IMG/VR virus record: IMGVR_UViG_3300022930_000013 | Location: 1 to 40,842 of that record | From: a virus | Taxonomy: Duplodnaviria > Caudoviricetes | Length of the DNA stretch: 40,842 nucleotides | Reading direction: 5' to 3' (one strand) | Part shown: in pieces, positions 1 through 6,784 of the stretch | Layout: each line of letters begins with the position of its first letter | Numbering within the stretch: the first letter of the stretch is position 1 | Translations under genes and position numbers: made by a program | The notes under the pieces: generated by a model | Told to the model about the DNA's origin: nothing | The model's database searches: none | The model's input: only the letters and a program-made list of their open reading frames with translations

Positions 1-287
1 AATAATTCTTCTTTAATAACTTTTGAATGCGAAATATGTTTAAAATATTCTTCAACTGTTCTATTAGCTACTGATTTAGCCCACTCATAATCGTTAAAAG
101 AATGAGTAGAATTAAAAAAAGAATCTAAAATGGCGTATTTTTCAACGCCTCTAGTCTTAATAATCCCATGCTTTTGTTTATATAAGTAAAAACCAAACAA
201 ACAATATTTATAAATAAGTAAATATGGTAAATAGTATACGCTTCCATCCTGTCTCGTTTGTTTTATAATCTTTATCTCATGTTTCAT
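1..287 (-). CDS. Hypothetical protein, partial (runs off the window edge)
   Basis: ATG at 287 overlaps the stop of 284..535 (ATGA). The frame MKHEIKIIKQTRQDGSVYY...KEEL stays open to position 1. Confidence 0.6.
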   Translation of the reverse strand, partial: MKHEIKIIKQTRQDGSVYYLPYLLIYKYCLFGFYLYKQKHGIIKTRGVEKYAILDSFFNSTHSFNDYEWAKSVANRTVEEYFKHISHSKVIKEEL

Positions 288-535
288 AATAAATATTCTA
301 TTAGGTTTTCCTTAAAAGGCAATACTTCTATACCCATTGATTCGTAAAATTTAGCCCCGCCTATTGAACCGCTAGAAAGTGAGGAGTTTTTATTTGCTTT
401 TAAAATAACAGCGGTTTGCTGAATTAACATATTTTCGTGCCAGTCAAAATATAGAACATCTTCAGTTAAAAAAGATTTAACCTTTTCGAATTCTTCCTTT
501 GAGTTTACCTTAACTGCTATTCCTGTTTTTCTCAT
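284..535 (-). CDS. Hypothetical phage protein
   Basis: 83-aa ORF with ATGA overlaps at both ends. IAVKVNSKEE resembles a module in 30059..31087. Confidence 0.7.
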   Translation of the reverse strand: MRKTGIAVKVNSKEEFEKVKSFLTEDVLYFDWHENMLIQQTAVILKANKNSSLSSGSIGGAKFYESMGIEVLPFKENLIEYLL

Positions 536-687
536 TGTTCAAATAAATTAAGTGATTGTTCTTGTTTTCTGTTTTGTTGCTGCTTAAGCTGATAATTTTT
601 GCTCAACCAAATTGTTTGTGGCCGGCCGTGGCAAATTGGATTAGTACTTTTTCGGAATCCGTTAGCGGTAATTAATCCTAATTTTTT
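530..687. repeat. 158-bp direct repeat, copy 1 (genome circularisation overlap)
   Basis: Identical to 40685-40842 except T577 vs C40732 (synonymous CAA/CAG). Confidence 0.95.
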
Positions 688-897
688 AAGTTCCAAAATT
701 ACAGAACCCCATATTCTGCATTCGCCAGGCGGTTCATTTCCTAGTGCGTAAAAAGCATTTTTAAGTTCTTCGCTTGTAAATGGTTTCATCTGAATTTTAA
801 CCCATTCAATGGCGAATCCTAGAGCTTTTATATGATAATTAATATTACCATTCTTAACGCTTTCAATCGCTTCTTCTTTTGTTTGTGTCTTTTTCAT
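532..897 (-). CDS. Hypothetical protein, possibly winged-helix-like
   Basis: 121-aa ORF coupled to its neighbours. The WGSVILELKKLGLI..HGRPQTIW pattern suggests a wHTH fold. Confidence 0.7.
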   Translation of the reverse strand: MKKTQTKEEAIESVKNGNINYHIKALGFAIEWVKIQMKPFTSEELKNAFYALGNEPPGECRIWGSVILELKKLGLITANGFRKSTNPICHGRPQTIWLSKNYQLKQQQNRKQEQSLNLFEQ

Positions 898-1634
898 TAC
901 TCATTATTTAGAAGTTTATTTGCATTTAAAACGCAGTTTGTTAGAAATTCTTTATCTTCTTTGGGCACTTCAAATCTAAATTTTACAAGGCTAGGAAAAT
1001 CGGAATGTTGTGGAATAAATGGCAAATCGTATAAATCTTTTTCATAAACAAATCTGTACTTCCAAGGATCGTCTTTTATGTTTTTTTCAACATAATCTGT
1101 GTTTTCTAATAAATCACGCATTTCTAAAAGATTTTCTTCTGTTGGCATGAACGCAATCGCTTCTCCAAATTTAAAATCATGAATAATGCAGTTAGAAACA
1201 ATTTGCCAATACTCGTCTTTGAAGTCTTTTTTTAGGCATTCAATATCCTGTTTCAAAAGGCATTTAACGTAATCATAATGGTTTTTCATTTGGTAACATT
1301 TCAATTCAGAAATACCGCCTTCGGGAATATCAATTTTAAAATCTTCTGAACCGCTCCAAAAAGGATATTTTGGATGAATTGTAGTTTTGTCAATTCCTAA
1401 TTTGTATTCATTTCCTAATTGCCAGTGAACCCAAACTTCCCACAATTTACCCCAAACCATATCTTGCTTGTAAACAGGCAAATTGATTGAACGCCCTAAT
1501 TCCAATTCCATTGCACGTTCTTTTATATAGGTTATTGCACCCGAACCAAAATCATATTCGCCTTTCCCAGCTACTGTAAGAACTGATATTTTGCTACTTG
1601 TAAATCTTGCTACTCTGTTTGGCTTATTGTTCAT
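897..1634 (-). CDS. YqaJ/lambda-exonuclease-like PD-(D/E)XK exonuclease
   Basis: Motifs R..RFTSSKIS, M.WG..WE, SGSED, ELKC and YWQ. Adjacent to a Sak4-like ATPase. Confidence 0.75.
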   Translation of the reverse strand: MNNKPNRVARFTSSKISVLTVAGKGEYDFGSGAITYIKERAMELELGRSINLPVYKQDMVWGKLWEVWVHWQLGNEYKLGIDKTTIHPKYPFWSGSEDFKIDIPEGGISELKCYQMKNHYDYVKCLLKQDIECLKKDFKDEYWQIVSNCIIHDFKFGEAIAFMPTEENLLEMRDLLENTDYVEKNIKDDPWKYRFVYEKDLYDLPFIPQHSDFPSLVKFRFEVPKEDKEFLTNCVLNANKLLNNE

Positions 1635-2679
1635 CTTTTATTTTATTAAGTTGATAAATAACTTTGTCATAGTTTGGTTCATCTTTTGTGTCAATTACGA
1701 GGTTGATAAAAAGAAGATCGTCTTCAGATATTTTATCTTTTTTCAACTCCAAAAGTTCAATTATTTTATCTAATTTATCAAAATCATCTTCGCTGTTTTT
1801 CTGCGCATCGTAAGCCCTTGCGCTTTCTCCACACAAAGCAAAATGAGACTTTAATTTTTGGTTATTTTTTTGAATAGGCGTTAGTGATTTCCAAAGTTCA
1901 GTTAGTGCTTCAGCACCGCTTTCGCAAACCAATAAAGCTTCCGACTTAATTCTTTCAATTATCGGATCTTCTTTTTCGCCTTTGTCAAGCCAAGCACGAA
2001 TTTTTTTACCCGTTTCAATTCCTAGATAGTCAGAACCGTTTCCAAAAGCTTCTTTTAAAAAAGATGGAACTTTCAATATCGATTGTCTTTTACCCTCGTC
2101 ACTCATTAGTACAGATGCAGTCAATTCAAACATGAAGTTCTTTTCGCAAATTGGCTGAATACCTAGTGATACTGGTTGCGTTGGATTTTTAAAATCTGTC
2201 TTTTCTCTCGCCCTTAAACAAACAATAACGTCCATGTTTGATTGCAAAAGAACGTTCATAAACTTCTTGTGTTCTCTTTTTGCTTCAATCCAATTTGCTA
2301 TTTTTCTAGGACTTCCATCTGCTTTCGGAGCATTGGCAATATCATCACAACCGCCATCGCCCTCCCATTCGTGAGAACCGCTATCAATTACTAAAACTTT
2401 TACGCCAGCTTCTTGAAATTCTTTAATTGCTTGTGCATATCGTGTTGGAGAAAAAGGCGGGTACAAATCCCCAATCATAAATTTTTCATCTAAAATATCC
2501 GCATATAAAGAACCTCTTTTATTTTCGGTATCTAAAAATCCAATTTCAGAAGCTTTGTTTACCATTCCACGAGCGACTAACAATGCCGTGTAGGTCTTTC
2601 CACTTCCGCTAACTCCTGCAATTCCTATAACCGCTTTTGATTGCCCACTTTGAACCAATCTAATATCTAATACTGACAT
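1624..2679 (-). CDS. AAA_24 / Sak4-like ATPase (phage recombination protein)
   Basis: Walker A GVSGSGKT, then FLDTENKRGSLY and Walker B LVIDSGSHEW. Confidence 0.85.
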   Translation of the reverse strand: MSVLDIRLVQSGQSKAVIGIAGVSGSGKTYTALLVARGMVNKASEIGFLDTENKRGSLYADILDEKFMIGDLYPPFSPTRYAQAIKEFQEAGVKVLVIDSGSHEWEGDGGCDDIANAPKADGSPRKIANWIEAKREHKKFMNVLLQSNMDVIVCLRAREKTDFKNPTQPVSLGIQPICEKNFMFELTASVLMSDEGKRQSILKVPSFLKEAFGNGSDYLGIETGKKIRAWLDKGEKEDPIIERIKSEALLVCESGAEALTELWKSLTPIQKNNQKLKSHFALCGESARAYDAQKNSEDDFDKLDKIIELLELKKDKISEDDLLFINLVIDTKDEPNYDKVIYQLNKIKDEQ

Positions 2680-2681
2680 AA

Positions 2682-2951
2682 CTATATTTTATTTAATTTG
2701 TGGTTAAAAAGTTCTCTTAATCTGATGTATTCGCCAACTCCTTCATATTCTTTTGGCGAACTCAAAGAAATAAAGTTTTCGTTATAAATTCTCTGCATGT
2801 TGGAATTTATCCTTTGAAGTTCCTTTATTGACATTCTTAAGTCTTGGATTTCTTTTTGCTCGTCTGTAAGTTCTATTACTTCGATTTCTTCTAAATTAGG
2901 AGGGAAAGCAGGGTTTTCATGTCCTAAATGTTCATTGTCATAACTTCCCAT
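2682..2951 (-). CDS. Hypothetical coiled-coil protein
   Basis: 89-aa ORF packed in the operon. Confidence 0.65.
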   Translation of the reverse strand: MGSYDNEHLGHENPAFPPNLEEIEVIELTDEQKEIQDLRMSIKELQRINSNMQRIYNENFISLSSPKEYEGVGEYIRLRELFNHKLNKI

Positions 2952-2953
2952 AA

Positions 2954-3103
2954 TTAATATTCTTTATAAAGGTTAGACAATGGCAAATCAAAAACTTCAT
3001 CAAACTGATTAATTTCGCTTTGCGTTTCTGTTGGTACTTCGTCATTGATGAACTTTTCGGCAATAATTAAATTGTGCTTTGTTGTTATTTCGTGTAGGCT
3101 CAT
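2954..3103 (-). CDS. Small hypothetical protein (49 aa)
   Basis: Read by hand: MSLHEITTKHNLIIAEKF...YKEY*. It fills the gap between neighbours exactly. Confidence 0.55.
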   Translation of the reverse strand: MSLHEITTKHNLIIAEKFINDEVPTETQSEINQFDEVFDLPLSNLYKEY

Positions 3104-3104
3104 T

Positions 3105-3338
3105 TTATGTTATTTTAAGAGTTCCTGATATTTCGCATCCGTAATCAAATCCTTGAAATTCTACTGATTTTTCCCCTGTAAGCTTTGCATATTTGCTTAT
3201 CATTTCTAATCCATTAGCACGTCTGTAATCACGGCTCAAAACGTCCTGCCTTACGTTTGCATCTTCTGCAAGTTCTTTTCTTTTGCCAAATGGGTATTTT
3301 GCATCTACCCAATTTTGAAATGTTGTTTTTTGTTCCAT
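3105..3338 (-). CDS. Hypothetical protein, possible HTH
   Basis: RKELAEDANVRQDVLSR looks HTH-like. Confidence 0.6.
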   Translation of the reverse strand: MEQKTTFQNWVDAKYPFGKRKELAEDANVRQDVLSRDYRRANGLEMISKYAKLTGEKSVEFQGFDYGCEISGTLKIT

Positions 3339-3452
3339 AATTTTATTTTTTTAATTCAAAAGTGTAAAATAAATCTATTTTGTGAGTTATAAACATTGGT
3401 AAACCAACAATATTAACCCCTATCCAAAAATCTAAAAACATTACATATCTTC

Positions 3453-3680
3453 TCATAAGTTTATTTTGTAAATTCTTGTTGTAAATCCTAAATTTGATTC
3501 TGATAAAACTTCTAACTTATAAGTTGATTTTAAATTATAAAATTGAGAGTATGTTATATTGTGAATCTTCATTTTTTTTGAATCTATCAATTCATATATT
3601 GTTTTTTTTGTTCCAAAAAACTCTTTTATATATAAATCAGGATTGCTATTTATTATTATTTTTAATTCTTTTATTTTCAT
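3453..3680 (-). CDS. Hypothetical protein
   Basis: 75-aa ORF in a tightly packed early cluster. Confidence 0.55.
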   Translation of the reverse strand: MKIKELKIIINSNPDLYIKEFFGTKKTIYELIDSKKMKIHNITYSQFYNLKSTYKLEVLSESNLGFTTRIYKINL

Positions 3681-3837
3681 AATATTTTATTTTAGAAATT
3701 CTTATTTCAAACCACCCTATTAATAAAACATAGTCTTTTTCCCAACAGTCAGTATATGTCTGTATATGAGTATTATAGTGAAATAGTTTAAAATTTTTAA
3801 CTCCATGCCACCAAGTATATTTTATTTCGTATCTCAT
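3646..3837 (-). CDS. Hypothetical protein
   Basis: 63-aa ORF with an ATGA overlap to the upstream gene. Confidence 0.55.
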   Translation of the reverse strand: MRYEIKYTWWHGVKNFKLFHYNTHIQTYTDCWEKDYVLLIGWFEIRISKIKYYENKRIKNNNK

Positions 3838-4040
3838 TGTATTTTAAATATAGATTCTTTATCAACTTTAAAATTACCTCTAAAAATACTATTCGGCATA
3901 GATACAGATGTAATTGATATTATATAATCTATTCCTTTTCCATAAGAACCTTCCCCTAAATGCTCTCTTATTTCCGTAATATACCCTATAACCTCTGTAT
4001 CTGTATCGACTATTTTTGCTCTATATTTTTGTATTTCCAT
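3834..4040 (-). CDS. Hypothetical protein
   Basis: 68-aa ORF. The N-terminal KYRAK..D...V.GY is loosely YopX-like. Confidence 0.6.
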   Translation of the reverse strand: MEIQKYRAKIVDTDTEVIGYITEIREHLGEGSYGKGIDYIISITSVSMPNSIFRGNFKVDKESIFKIQ

Positions 4041-4162
4041 TATACTATAATTAATTTGTTTTTTGATATTGGTAATTTTCTTCCTGCTAATGGAGAAAAA
4101 TAATAAAATCTGTTTCCATTTTGTGTCACTTGAAATTCTTGTCCGTTGATGATAGTTTTCAT
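4040..4162 (-). CDS. Small hypothetical protein (40 aa), first gene after a strong promoter
   Basis: Read by hand: MKTIINGQEFQVTQNGNRFYYFSPLAGRKLPISKNKLIIV*, with a TAATG overlap. Confidence 0.6.
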   Translation of the reverse strand: MKTIINGQEFQVTQNGNRFYYFSPLAGRKLPISKNKLIIV

Positions 4163-4191
4163 AATTTATTTTTTGCTGTTATTAACTTGTA

Positions 4192-4221
4192 CAAATATAC
4201 AACTATTTATTAGTTGTGCAA
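4192..4221 (-). promoter_or_regulatory. Bacteroidota primary-sigma promoter
   Basis: TTG (4221-4219), 19 nt, then TATATTTG (4199-4192), matching the -33/-7 consensus. Confidence 0.75.
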
Positions 4222-4256
4222 TTGTAAATATGTTAAAGTTTCAAATTAAAGCAAAC

Positions 4257-4289
4257 AAAAAACCCCAACACTTGTAAATGCTAGGGTTT
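4257..4289 (-). terminator. Intrinsic terminator after the spanin-like genes
   Basis: AAACCCTAGCATT..AGTGTTGGGGTTT hairpin followed by a U tract. Confidence 0.7.
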
Positions 4290-4312
4290 AAGATTAAGAT
4301 ATTTTTGAATTG

Positions 4313-4681
4313 CTATCTTATAATTAATATTGAAGTTGAAATTAATCCGATTATTGAGCCTATTTTGTAGATTAAATTGCTACTTTCTTTTCGTTTCACA
4401 ATCTTCTCATAGTTTTTTATTGTGGAATCTTTTAAAACAACAACTGACTGCAGGACTTCTTTTTGTGATTCCAGATTGTCAACTTCTGATTCCTTATTCA
4501 AAATACGTTGCTCTAATGTAGTTTTCTGCTGTTCTAGGTTGGTTATTTCCAATAACTGATACTCACGTTCAATTGACTGCCTTATTGCCTCACGTGCATC
4601 GTTTTTACTTACCTTTATTGAATCGTTCTGCGAATACCCTTGACAGGTCATCATCAGAAATATAAATAATAGTTTTTTCAT
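4313..4681 (-). CDS. Exported coiled-coil protein with a C-terminal hydrophobic segment, spanin-like
   Basis: Signal peptide MKKLLFIFLMMTCQGYS/Q, a coiled coil and a hydrophobic C-terminus. Overlaps the upstream gene by 77 nt. Confidence 0.6.
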   Translation of the reverse strand: MKKLLFIFLMMTCQGYSQNDSIKVSKNDAREAIRQSIEREYQLLEITNLEQQKTTLEQRILNKESEVDNLESQKEVLQSVVVLKDSTIKNYEKIVKRKESSNLIYKIGSIIGLISTSILIIR

Positions 4682-4955
4682 ATTTTTGCTTTCTTAAAAG
4701 TTCGAGTGATTTCTTTTCGTTATCCGATTGAATTATTAATGTTGAATCCTGGCGTTTTATTGCGTTTTGAAGCGTTTCTTTATTTTTTAACTCAATTTGT
4801 AAAGAATCAGTTTTACGTTCGTTTTCGATAATCTTTGATTCTAATTTATTTGTGTTTTGGAATAATAAAAAAACTGCTATTCCTAATAATAAGATCAAAA
4901 TCCAATGCCAGTACTTTTCAATAAAAGTTGTGTTTATTGATATTGTCCTTTTCAT
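4605..4955 (-). CDS. Inner-membrane-anchored coiled-coil protein, i-spanin-like
   Basis: Likely start MKRTISI at 4955. One TM (YWHWILILLLGIAVFLLF) followed by a coiled coil, downstream of the endolysin. Confidence 0.6.
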   Translation of the reverse strand: MKRTISINTTFIEKYWHWILILLLGIAVFLLFQNTNKLESKIIENERKTDSLQIELKNKETLQNAIKRQDSTLIIQSDNEKKSLELLRKQKYEKTIIYISDDDLSRVFAERFNKGK

Positions 4956-5080
4956 TTCTTGCAAAATTTAATTTTACGCCTTTCAGAACGATTTGGAGCA
5001 GTGTTTTCTTTCAGGTCTTCGTGTTTGATAGTTAAGTATTGAAGTCCTAGTATTGGGTGGTAATAAAAATTTGTTTGCAT
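4952..5080 (-). CDS. Small hypothetical protein (42 aa)
   Basis: Read by hand: MQTNFYYHPILGLQY...KFCKK*, with an ATGA overlap. Confidence 0.55.
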   Translation of the reverse strand: MQTNFYYHPILGLQYLTIKHEDLKENTAPNRSERRKIKFCKK

Positions 5081-5081
5081 T

Positions 5082-5333
5082 TTAAATCCATTTTATTAAA
5101 GTTAGTTCTTTTCCCATAAGATCTTTTACAATCCCAAACATAAAACCTTTTCTCATTAATTCAGACCTAACAGAATCAGGAATGTATCTTGGAGTAATGT
5201 AATCAAAATAACCGATAGTACATTGATTTGTTATTCTTTCCAGTAATTCATCAATACTATATCCTTTTTTCTTGGTCAATTCTATAGCTTCAGATGCGCT
5301 TTTAATAGATTCTTTTATTTGTGTATTTTCCAT
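5082..5333 (-). CDS. Hypothetical protein
   Basis: 83-aa ORF downstream of a structured leader. Confidence 0.65.
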   Translation of the reverse strand: MENTQIKESIKSASEAIELTKKKGYSIDELLERITNQCTIGYFDYITPRYIPDSVRSELMRKGFMFGIVKDLMGKELTLIKWI

Positions 5334-5354
5334 AATAAAATAATTTAAAAATTA

Positions 5355-5417
5355 ATCCCCGCCACTTCGCTACAAAATGACAGGGATAAAAAGTTTAGTG
5401 TAGCGATTGTAAATATA
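5355..5417 (-). promoter_or_regulatory. Promoter plus structured leader 1 (pseudoknot/attenuator-like)
   Basis: TATATTTA at 5417-5410. 5' TCGCTACA (5406-5399) is complementary to TGTAGCGA (5374-5367) in the loop of the hairpin ATCCCTGTCATTT/AAGTGGCGGGGAT. Confidence 0.55.
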
Positions 5418-5420
5418 AAC

Positions 5421-5453
5421 AAAAAACCTCAATAAATTAATAATGAGGTTTTT
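5421..5453 (-). terminator. Intrinsic terminator of the tmRNA gene
   Basis: AAAAACCTCA..TGAGGTTTTTT hairpin. Confidence 0.75.
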
Positions 5454-5710
5454 AAAAGCTGTTTTACGTAGCTAATCCCGTAGTTATGCAGTCGCTCTAA
5501 GCGGGGCAATACTAAAGACATTGTTATTGTCGTTTAATTTTAGAATTTCTCTTATTTAATCATAAATTGCTGTCAAAACCAGTCACCCCCTTAAAGTCAT
5601 TTGTATGTCGGCTGACTAAACCAAACAATCCTACACGGCATCGTTTTGTGGAGGTGGGGAGAGTCGAACTCCCGTCCAAACAAAAATCATAAATAGTCAA
5701 TGAAATTTCT
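5425..5710 (-). ncRNA. ssrA: Circularly permuted (two-piece) tmRNA
   Basis: Acceptor piece GGAC-GGGAG-TTCGACT-CTCCC-CACCTCC-A (5677-5649) comes first. A 58-nt spacer follows, then the 5' end GGGGGTG-ACTGGTTTTGAC (from 5590). The 7-bp acceptor stem has G3.U70 and an A73 discriminator. The tag frame runs 5531-5484. Confidence 0.9.
5484..5531 (-). other. tmRNA tag reading frame (A)DNNNVFSIAPLRATA*
   Basis: Resume codon GAC is preceded by UAAAC (U at -5, A at -4, as in E. coli U85/A86). The frame ends GCG ACT GCA TAA. Confidence 0.75.
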
Positions 5711-5714
5711 ATTG

Positions 5715-5744
5715 CGAATATAAAACTTATTTTTAAATACGCAA
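5715..5744 (-). promoter_or_regulatory. Promoter of the tmRNA gene
   Basis: TTG (5744-5742), 19 nt, then TATATTCG (5722-5715). Confidence 0.7.
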
Positions 5745-5755
5745 TTATTAAGCAC

Positions 5756-5782
5756 AAAAAAACCCGATGTTGATATCGGGTT
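5756..5782 (-). terminator. Intrinsic terminator after the endolysin / candidate sRNA
   Basis: AACCCGAT..ATCGGGTT hairpin followed by a U tract. Confidence 0.75.
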
Positions 5783-5829
5783 AATTATTAACTCAAACCA
5801 TTAAGTTATGAAAAACAAATTCAAATATA
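5756..5829 (-). ncRNA. Candidate ~60-nt sRNA antisense to translation-start regions
   Basis: A perfect TATATTTG (5829-5822) is followed by TTGTTTTTCATAACTTAATGGTTTGAGTTAATAATT and a terminator. No clear -33 element. Confidence 0.4.
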
Positions 5830-5841
5830 CAAATTAATTGC

Positions 5842-6216
5842 TTACCATCTTGCTTTTTTCCCTCGTCTGTCATAATGAACGAAGCCTTTATAAATTCCAA
5901 TACCGCCCTGCTCCATTTTACCCGAAGCAATCAGTTTTTCAATTTCCTTAGCCAATTGAATAGGCGTATATCCTTTTGCGTTTATATCCGCAGCGTTGCA
6001 ATTCAGATGCTGGCTGTTAGTTGCTCCTTTTACTTTTGCATTATGCGAAGGTGTTCTATAACCGCTTCCTGTAATTGAAACAGGAACTTTTAAGTGATCC
6101 CGAAGCACTTGTAAATTTTTGGCAACTTTCAAGCAATTGTCCATATACTTTTCCGGAACTTTAGTACCATCTTTGCAGTCAAATTCTTCTCTGCTGAAAT
6201 TTTCTGTTAGTTTCAT
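5842..6216 (-). CDS. Endolysin, peptidase M15A family
   Basis: Motifs SGYRT..HN..V.GA..SQH...AADI and GGIGIY..FVHYD.R. Confidence 0.9.
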   Translation of the reverse strand: MKLTENFSREEFDCKDGTKVPEKYMDNCLKVAKNLQVLRDHLKVPVSITGSGYRTPSHNAKVKGATNSQHLNCNAADINAKGYTPIQLAKEIEKLIASGKMEQGGIGIYKGFVHYDRRGKKARW

Positions 6217-6218
6217 AA

Positions 6219-6458
6219 TTATTTATCTTTTTTATGGTCAATCTTAAAAAGTATTCTTTCCTGTATTTCTATAACTTCATTCCTATATTTAAGTATTTCA
6301 GCTTCCTTTTTTTTGGCATTGTACTTGTATTCGTTTGCCCCGTCAGTTAGTTCAATAGTCTGCCTATGAGGCGGGTTTTTATCATCAAACGCCCAGCTTA
6401 TCAAAACGCTAACGCCTAAACTACAAAATGCTACAAGTGAATAAAATAATGTTTTCAT
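6219..6458 (-). CDS. Small protein with an N-terminal TM/signal segment (lysis cluster)
   Basis: Hydrophobic N-terminus, immediately upstream of the endolysin. Confidence 0.65.
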   Translation of the reverse strand: MKTLFYSLVAFCSLGVSVLISWAFDDKNPPHRQTIELTDGANEYKYNAKKKEAEILKYRNEVIEIQERILFKIDHKKDK

Positions 6459-6784
6459 TTGTCTACTCTTTTTTCAATTTCAATGTTTTTATTAAGTAGG
6501 ATCTTGTACTCGTTAAGCAGTTTGTCAAAACGCCTCTCGCTATTGATATTGCAATCTTTATTTTCGGCAGAAAGGCGCATATTATCAATAATAAGTCTAG
6601 AATTATCACTTCGTAGACTTTCGATAAGTATTCTATTGCTTTCCTTGTAATATCCGAATAATCCATTTACAGTAAGTGCTAGGCAAATTATTACTATCAT
6701 AAAGATAGCTTTGTTTGTTTTTGTAGGATTAAGATTTAGAATCCTGAAAAACGCATCTATTTTTTCTTTAAAGCTACTTTCCAT
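6455..6784 (-). CDS. Single-TM coiled-coil protein, possible holin
   Basis: TM AIFMIVIICLALTVNGLFGYY followed by a coiled coil, in lysis context. Confidence 0.6.
   Translation of the reverse strand: MESSFKEKIDAFFRILNLNPTKTNKAIFMIVIICLALTVNGLFGYYKESNRILIESLRSDNSRLIIDNMRLSAENKDCNINSERRFDKLLNEYKILLNKNIEIEKRVDK

Noticed and set aside
5649-5677. tRNA gene or attP remnant of host ssrA
   Set aside because: There is no anticodon arm and no integrase. The matching 5' half and the tag frame lie downstream within one promoter-terminator unit.
5560-5757. 65-aa ORF on the minus strand
   Set aside because: It overlaps the tmRNA promoter, T-arm and acceptor stem, so the RNA structure explains the sequence.
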